Part shown: positions 1 to 6,283 of the stretch, in pieces
How the letters are laid out: the number at the start of each line of letters is the position of its first letter
Position numbering within the stretch: position 1 is the first letter of the stretch
Virus record (IMG/VR): IMGVR_UViG_2663762908_000004
From: a virus
Taxonomy: Duplodnaviria; Heunggongvirae; Uroviricota; Caudoviricetes
DNA: 6,283 nt
Direction: 5' to 3' (one strand)
Made by a program: the position numbers and the translations under genes
The notes under the pieces: model-generated
Database searches by the model: none
Told to the model about the DNA's origin: nothing
What the model saw: only the letters and a program-made list of their open reading frames with translations

Positions 1-606
1 ATGGATGCAACCCGCCGGATGTTTGCACAGAAGGTGTCGGCATATACCGGCCTGTCCGTGCAGGCTGTGCTGGATACCGAGGCTGCAGTGTACAGCGGTC
101 AGGAGGCCATTGATGCCGGACTGGCTGATGAACTTGTCAACAGCACCGATGCGATCACCGTTATGCGTGATGCACTGGATGCACGTAAATCCCGTCTCTC
201 AGGAGGGCGAATGACCAAAGAGACTCAATCAACAACTGTTTCAGCCACTGCTTCGCAGGCTGACGTTACTGACGTGGTGCCAGCGACGGAGGGCGAAAAC
301 GCCAGCGCGGCGCAGCCGGACGTGAACGCGCAGATCACCGCTGCGGTTGCGGCAGAAAACAGCCGCATTATGGGGATCCTCAACTGTGAGGAGGCTCACG
401 GACGCGAAGAACAGGCCCGCGTGCTGGCAGAAACCCCCGGTATGACCGTGGAAACGGCCCGCCGCATTCTGGCAGCTGCACCACAGAGTGCACAGGCGCG
501 CAGTGACACTGCGCTGGATCGTCTGATGCAGGGGGCACCGGCACCGCTGGCTGCAGGTAACCCGGCATCTGATGCCGTTAACGATTTGCTGAACACACCA
601 GTGTAA
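1..606 (+). CDS. C: Lambda-like prohead protease/scaffold fusion protein C, C-terminal part (5' end lies outside the window)
   Basis: Open frame from position 1 to TAA at 604-606. Translation (…VMRDALDARKSRLSGGRMTKETQSTTVSATASQ…NDLLNTPV) matches from memory the C-terminus of phage lambda gpC. Sits immediately upstream of D and E, as in lambda. Confidence 0.85.
   Translation: MDATRRMFAQKVSAYTGLSVQAVLDTEAAVYSGQEAIDAGLADELVNSTDAITVMRDALDARKSRLSGGRMTKETQSTTVSATASQADVTDVVPATEGENASAAQPDVNAQITAAVAAENSRIMGILNCEEAHGREEQARVLAETPGMTVETARRILAAAPQSAQARSDTALDRLMQGAPAPLAAGNPASDAVNDLLNTPV
211..606 (+). CDS. Nu3: Nu3 scaffolding protein, nested in-frame in the 3' end of C (131 aa)
   Basis: Internal ATG at 211 preceded by a strong Shine-Dalgarno AGGAGGG at 201-207; same frame and stop as C. 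In lambda, Nu3 is known to be translated from an in-frame internal start within C. Confidence 0.7.
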   Translation: MTKETQSTTVSATASQADVTDVVPATEGENASAAQPDVNAQITAAVAAENSRIMGILNCEEAHGREEQARVLAETPGMTVETARRILAAAPQSAQARSDTALDRLMQGAPAPLAAGNPASDAVNDLLNTPV

Positions 607-615
607 GGGATGTTT

Positions 616-948
616 ATGACGAGCAAAGAAACCTTTACCCATTACCAGCCGCTGGGCAATAGTGACCCGGCTCATACCGCAACCGCGCCCGGCGGATTGA
701 GTGCGAAAGCGCCTGCAATGACCCCGCTGATGCTGGACACATCCACCCGTAAGCTGGTTGCGTGGGATGGCACCACCGACGGTGCTGCCGTTGGCATTCT
801 TGCGGTTGCTGCTGACCAGACCAGCACCACACTGACGTTCTACAAGTCCGGCACGTTCCGTTATGAGGATGTGCTCTGGCCGGAGGCTGCCAGCGACGAG
901 ACGAAAAAACGGACCGCGTTTGCCGGAACGGCAATCAGCATCGTTTAA
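616..948 (+). CDS. D: Head decoration protein D (110 aa)
   Basis: ATG at 616 with AAGGGA at 605-610 as ribosome-binding site; stop TAA at 946-948. Translation [27 protein letters not shown]…GTAISIV matches lambda gpD from memory. An in-frame ATG at 610 is two codons upstream, but 616 fits the ribosome-binding site and the known 110-aa length. Confidence 0.9.
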   Translation: MTSKETFTHYQPLGNSDPAHTATAPGGLSAKAPAMTPLMLDTSTRKLVAWDGTTDGAAVGILAVAADQTSTTLTFYKSGTFRYEDVLWPEAASDETKKRTAFAGTAISIV

Positions 949-965
949 CTTTACCCTTCATCACT

Positions 966-990
966 AAAGGCCGCCTGTGCGGCTTTTTTT
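966..990 (+). terminator. D-E intergenic GC hairpin followed by a T-run (intrinsic-terminator-like)
   Basis: Seen in sequence: AAAGGCCGC (966-974), loop CTGT (975-978), GCGGCTTT (979-986), with TTTTTTT at 984-990. Up to 9 bp of stem including one G-U pair. Confidence 0.5.
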
Positions 991-1003
991 ACGGGATTTT
1001 TTT

Positions 1004-1906
1004 ATGTCGATGTACACAACCGCCCAGCTGCTGGCGGCAAATGAGCAGAAATTTAAGTTTGATCCGCTGTTTCTGCGTCTCTTTTTCCGTGAGAGCTATC
1101 CCTTCACCACGGAGAAAGTCTATCTCTCACAAATTCCGGGACTGGTAAACATGGCGCTGTACGTTTCGCCGATTGTTTCCGGTGAGGTTATCCGTTCCCG
1201 TGGCGGATCCACCTCTGAATTTACACCGGGATATGTCAAGCCCAAGCATGAGGTGAATCCGCAGATGACCCTGCGTCGCCTGCCGGATGAAGATCCACAG
1301 AATCTGGCGGACCCGGCTTACCGCCGCCGTCGCATCATCCTGCAGAACATGCGAGACGAAGAGCTGGCCATTGCTCAGGTCGAAGAGATGCAGGCAGTTT
1401 CTGCCGTGCTTAAGGGCAAATACACCATGACCGGTGAAGCCTTCGAGCCGGTTGAAGTGGATATGGGCCGCAGTGTGGCGAACAACATCACGCAGTCCGG
1501 CGGTACGGAGTGGAGCAAGCGTGACAAGTCCACGTATGACCCGACCGACGATATCGAAGCCTACGCGCTGAACGCCAGCGGTGTGGTGAATATCATCGTG
1601 TTTGACCCGAAAGGCTGGGCGCTGTTCCGTTCCTTCAAAGCCGTCAAGGAGAAGCTGGATACCCGTCGCGGCTCTCATTCCGAGCTGGAGACAGCGGTGA
1701 AAGACCTGGGCAAAGCGGTGTCCTATAAGGGAATGTATGGCGATGTGGCCATCGTCGTGTATTCCGGACAGTACGTGGAAAACGGCGTCAAAAAGAACTT
1801 CCTGCCGGACAACACGATGGTGCTGGGGAACACTCAGGCTCGCGGTCTGCGCACCTATGGCTGCATTCAGGATGCGGACGCACAGCGCGAAGGCATTAAC
1901 GCCTCT
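1004..1906 (+). CDS. E: Major capsid protein E, N-terminal 301 codons (3' end cut by the N-run at 1907)
   Basis: ATG at 1004. Translation MSMYTTAQLLAANEQKFKFDPLFLRLFF…CIQDADAQREGINAS matches lambda gpE from memory. The frame is open right up to the N-run; the continuation in the ORF track is unrelated read-through. Confidence 0.9.
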
Positions 1907-1916
1907 NNNNNNNNNN
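1907..1916. other. 10-N gap / block junction
   Basis: Run of exactly 10 N; E CDS ends abruptly and unrelated tRNA-spacer sequence begins. Confidence 0.95.
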
Positions 1917-2105
1917 AAATCTTCAGCAATGAAGGTATCGAAGAGGTAGCGGAATTAACCGCAGGCACTAGGGATGATAACGTTGCTTTAGCAACGGCCC
2001 GAAGGGCGAGCCGCAAGGCGAGTAATCCTCCCGGATGCACCATCTCTTAATTGATATGGCTTTAGTAGCGGTATCAATATCAGCAGTAGAATAAGTTTTC
2101 CCGAT

Positions 2106-2182
2106 GCATCCGTAGCTCAGCTGGATAGAGTACTCGGCTACGAACCGAGCGGTCGGAGGTTCGAATCCTCCCGGATGCACCA
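2106..2182 (+). tRNA. tRNA-Arg (anticodon ACG), 77 nt including encoded CCA
   Basis: GCATCCG acceptor stem, D-arm GCTCAGCTGGATAGAGT, anticodon loop CTACGAA (ACG), T-arm GGAGGTTCGAATCCTCC, 3' CGGATGCACCA. Matches the E. coli argQ/Z/Y/V family sequence from memory. Confidence 0.95.
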
Positions 2183-2380
2183 TATTCTACGTACTTTCAG
2201 CGATGAAGGTATGGAAGAGGTGGCGGTAATAACCGCAGGCACCAGGGAGGATAACGTTGCTTTAGCAACGGCCCGAAGGGCGAGCCGCAAGGCGAGTAAT
2301 CCTCCCGGATGCACCATCTCTTACTTGATACGGCTTTAGTAGCGGTATCAAAAAATCTGCAGTAAAGTAAGTTTCCCGAT

Positions 2381-2437
2381 GCATCCGTAGCTCAGCTGGA
2401 TAGAGTACTCGGCTACGAACCGAGCGGTCGGAGGTTC
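2381..2437 (+). tRNA. tRNA-Arg (ACG), second copy, 3' end cut by the N-run
   Basis: Identical to the first 57 nt of the copy at 2106-2182; ends at the N-run beginning 2438. Confidence 0.9.
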
Positions 2438-2447
2438 NNNNNNNNNN
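2438..2447. other. 10-N gap / block junction
   Basis: Run of 10 N between the truncated tRNA-Arg and the RadC-like fragment. Confidence 0.95.
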
Positions 2448-2448
2448 G

Positions 2449-2823
2449 CTGGACCGGCACCTGCATGAACCTGGGGTGGCCTTCACCTCCTCACACGCTG
2501 TCCGTGAATGGCTGAGACTGCATATGGCCGCACTTGAGCGGGAAGAGTTCCGGGCGTTGTATCTGGACAACCAGAATCAGTTGATTGCCCATGAAACGCT
2601 CTTCACCGGCACGATTAACCGTACTGAGGTGCATCCCCGGGAAGTGGTCAAACGTGCTCTGCACTTCAATGCCGCAGCAGTAATACTGGCGCATAACCAT
2701 CCTTCCGGCGAGGCGACACCCAGCCAGGCCGATAAAACCCTCACGCAGCGACTGGTGCAGGTGCTTCAGCTGGTGGATATCCGTGTCCCTGACCATCTGA
2801 TTGTCGGTGGCAGGCAAATCTAT
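2449..2823 (+). CDS. RadC-like JAB/MPN-domain protein (UPF0758; yeeS/ykfG/yfjY family), internal fragment cut at both ends
   Basis: Open frame across the whole block (125 codons). Translation …HLHEPGVAFTSSHAVREWLRLHMAALEREEFRALYLDNQNQLIAHETLFTGTINRTEVHPREVVKRALHFNAAAVILAHNHPSGEATPSQADKTLTQRLVQVLQLVDIRVPDHLIVGGRQIY includes the HNHPSG JAMM-type motif at 2692-2709. Matches the E. coli K-12 cryptic-prophage yeeS paralog family from memory. Confidence 0.8.
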
Positions 2824-2833
2824 NNNNNNNNNN
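2824..2833. other. 10-N gap / block junction
   Basis: Run of 10 N; RadC-like frame and the antisense portal frame both end here. Confidence 0.95.
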
Positions 2834-3556
<723 letters not shown>

Positions 3557-3566
3557 NNNNNNNNNN
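3557..3566. other. 10-N gap / block junction
   Basis: Run of 10 N between the W fragment and the tRNA operon block. Confidence 0.95.
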
Positions 3567-3601
3567 TGGGTGCACTTACAAGGTAAGCGTCTTGAATAAA
3601 T

Positions 3602-3676
3602 TGGCTGGGGTACGAGGATTCGAACCTCGGAATGCCGGAATCAGAATCCGGTGCCTTACCGCTTGGCGATACCCCA
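3602..3676 (-). tRNA. tRNA-Gln (anticodon CUG), 75 nt
   Basis: Reverse complement TGGGGTATCGCCAAGCGGTAAGGCACCGGATTCTGATTCCGGCATTCCGAGGTTCGAATCCTCGTACCCCAGCCA; anticodon loop TTCTGAT. Matches E. coli glnV/glnX type from memory. Confidence 0.93.
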
Positions 3677-3723
3677 ACAAATTGGTTTTGAATTTGCCGA
3701 ACATATTCGACACATTCAGAATT

Positions 3724-3800
3724 TGGTGGCTACGACGGGATTCGAACCTGTGACCCCATCATTATGAGTGATGTGCTCTAACCAACTGAGCTACGTAGCC
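3724..3800 (-). tRNA. tRNA-Met elongator (anticodon CAU), 77 nt
   Basis: Reverse complement GGCTACGTAGCTCAGTTGGTTAGAGCACATCACTCATAATGATGGGGTCACAGGTTCGAATCCCGTCGTAGCCACCA; anticodon loop CTCATAA. Matches E. coli metT/metU type from memory. Confidence 0.93.
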
Positions 3801-3815
3801 AGATTGTTTCTTCGA

Positions 3816-3890
3816 TGGCTGGGGTACCTGGATTCGAACCAGGGAATGCCGGTATCAAAAACCGGTGCCTTACCGCTTGGCGATACCCCA
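3816..3890 (-). tRNA. tRNA-Gln (anticodon UUG), 75 nt
   Basis: Reverse complement TGGGGTATCGCCAAGCGGTAAGGCACCGGTTTTTGATACCGGCATTCCCTGGTTCGAATCCAGGTACCCCAGCCA; anticodon loop TTTTGAT. Matches E. coli glnU/glnW type from memory. Confidence 0.93.
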
Positions 3891-3924
3891 ATAACCGGGC
3901 GGTGAACCGCTTACTCGAAGAAGA

Positions 3925-3988
3925 TGGCTGGGGTACCTGGATTCGAACCAGGGAATGCCGGTATCAAAAACCGGTGCCTTACCGCTTG
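3925..3988 (-). tRNA. tRNA-Gln (UUG), second copy, 5' end cut by the N-run
   Basis: Identical to the 3' 64 nt of the copy at 3816-3890. Order on the - strand (Gln-UUG, Gln-UUG, Met, Gln-CUG) fits the enterobacterial metT-leuW-glnU-glnW-metU-glnV-glnX operon. Confidence 0.88.
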
Positions 3989-3998
3989 NNNNNNNNNN
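3989..3998. other. 10-N gap / block junction
   Basis: Run of 10 N between the truncated tRNA-Gln and the terminase fragment. Confidence 0.95.
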
Positions 3999-4302
3999 CT
4001 TCATCCAGTCTTTGACAATCTGCACCCAGGTGGTGAACGGGCTGTACGCCGTCCAGATGTGAAAGGTCACGCTGTCAGGCGGTTCAATCTCTTCACCGGA
4101 TGACGAAAACCAGAGAATGCCATCACGGGTCCAGATCCCGGTCTTTTCGCAGATATAACGGGCATCAGTGAAGTCCAGCTCCTGCTGGCGGATGACGCAG
4201 GCATTATGTTCGCAGAGATAAAACACGCTGGAGGGATCATCCGGCGTCCATTTGAGGCCAAACGGCGTCTCTTTATCGCCAAATTTAAGGTACTGCTCCT
4301 CC
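3999..4302 (-). CDS. A: Terminase large subunit A, internal fragment of about 101 codons cut at both ends
   Basis: Minus-strand frame 3999-4301 is open throughout. Translation EEQYLKFGDKETPFGLKWTPDDPSSVFYLCEHNACVIRQQELDFTDARYICEKTGIWTRDGILWFSSSGEEIEPPDSVTFHIWTAYSPFTTWVQIVKDWMK matches an internal region of lambda gpA from memory. Confidence 0.85.
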
Positions 4303-4312
4303 NNNNNNNNNN
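4303..4312. other. 10-N gap / block junction
   Basis: Run of 10 N; the reading frame changes across it (A fragment versus J fragment). Confidence 0.95.

Positions 4313-6283
<1,971 letters not shown>

Larger units (their letters stand above)
1917..2437 (+). repeat. Tandem repeat of about 275 bp (tRNA-Arg gene plus conserved spacer), about 1.9 units
   Basis: Spacer 1917-2105 aligns with spacer 2183-2380 (a few substitutions and a 1-nt indel). tRNA copies start at 2106 and 2381, 275 bp apart. Resembles the enterobacterial serV-argV-argY-argZ-argQ tRNA cluster (from memory). Confidence 0.85.

Noticed and set aside
241-934. Minus-strand ORFs 241-675, 380-568, 396-626 and 635-934, and plus-strand ORF 5-214
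   Set aside because: Antisense or out-of-frame overlaps of the well-supported C/Nu3 and D genes, with biased low-complexity translations.
1127-1678. 183-aa minus-strand ORF inside E
   Set aside because: Antisense to the major capsid gene; no independent support.
977-2050. 357-aa ORF extending E upstream (from a GTG at 977) and downstream past 1906
   Set aside because: The upstream GTG lies inside the D-E hairpin; the lambda-type start is the ATG at 1004. The downstream tail crosses the N-run and translates tRNA-Arg spacer sequence.
1968-2183. 71-aa minus-strand ORF
   Set aside because: It is the antisense translation of the tRNA-Arg gene and spacer; no coding support.
1917-2437. Possible CRISPR-like repeat array
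   Set aside because: The repeat unit is about 275 bp and consists of a tRNA gene plus spacer, not 25-50-bp direct repeats with unique spacers.
2769-2776. Chi site GCTGGTGG on the + strand inside the RadC-like fragment
   Set aside because: Chi octamers are frequent in E. coli-type DNA; a single occurrence is unremarkable.
3999-4302. cos site or terminase small subunit near the terminase block
   Set aside because: The block is an internal part of the large-subunit gene A only; cos and Nu1 would lie upstream and are not in the window.

Overview
This window is not one contiguous native locus. It is seven sequence blocks joined by six runs of exactly 10 N (1907-1916, 2438-2447, 2824-2833, 3557-3566, 3989-3998, 4303-4312), and every gene that meets an N-run is cut off there. 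The blocks are: (1) 1-1906, lambda-like head genes C/Nu3, D and E on the + strand; (2) 1917-2437, a tandem tRNA-Arg(ACG) array; (3) 2448-2823, an internal fragment of a RadC-like JAB-domain gene of the E. coli cryptic-prophage yeeS/ykfG/yfjY family; (4) 2834-3556, lambda-like W (partial) and the N-terminal part of portal gene B on the - strand; (5) 3567-3988, part of a tRNA operon on the - strand (Gln-UUG partial, Gln-UUG, Met-CAU, Gln-CUG); (6) 3999-4302, an internal fragment of lambda-like terminase large subunit A on the - strand; (7) 4313-6283, an internal fragment of lambda-like tail tip protein J on the - strand. All identifications rest on reading the translations and tRNA structures and recognising them from memory; no database search was run. 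The content looks like multi-copy sequence (prophage structural genes, tRNA arrays, cryptic-prophage paralogs) of the kind found in an Escherichia/Shigella-type genome. I found no convincing evidence of a novel or undescribed system: every block is explained by well-known phage lambda late genes, housekeeping tRNA operons or a known cryptic-prophage gene family. Long ORFs in the six-frame track that cross N-runs are artefacts.
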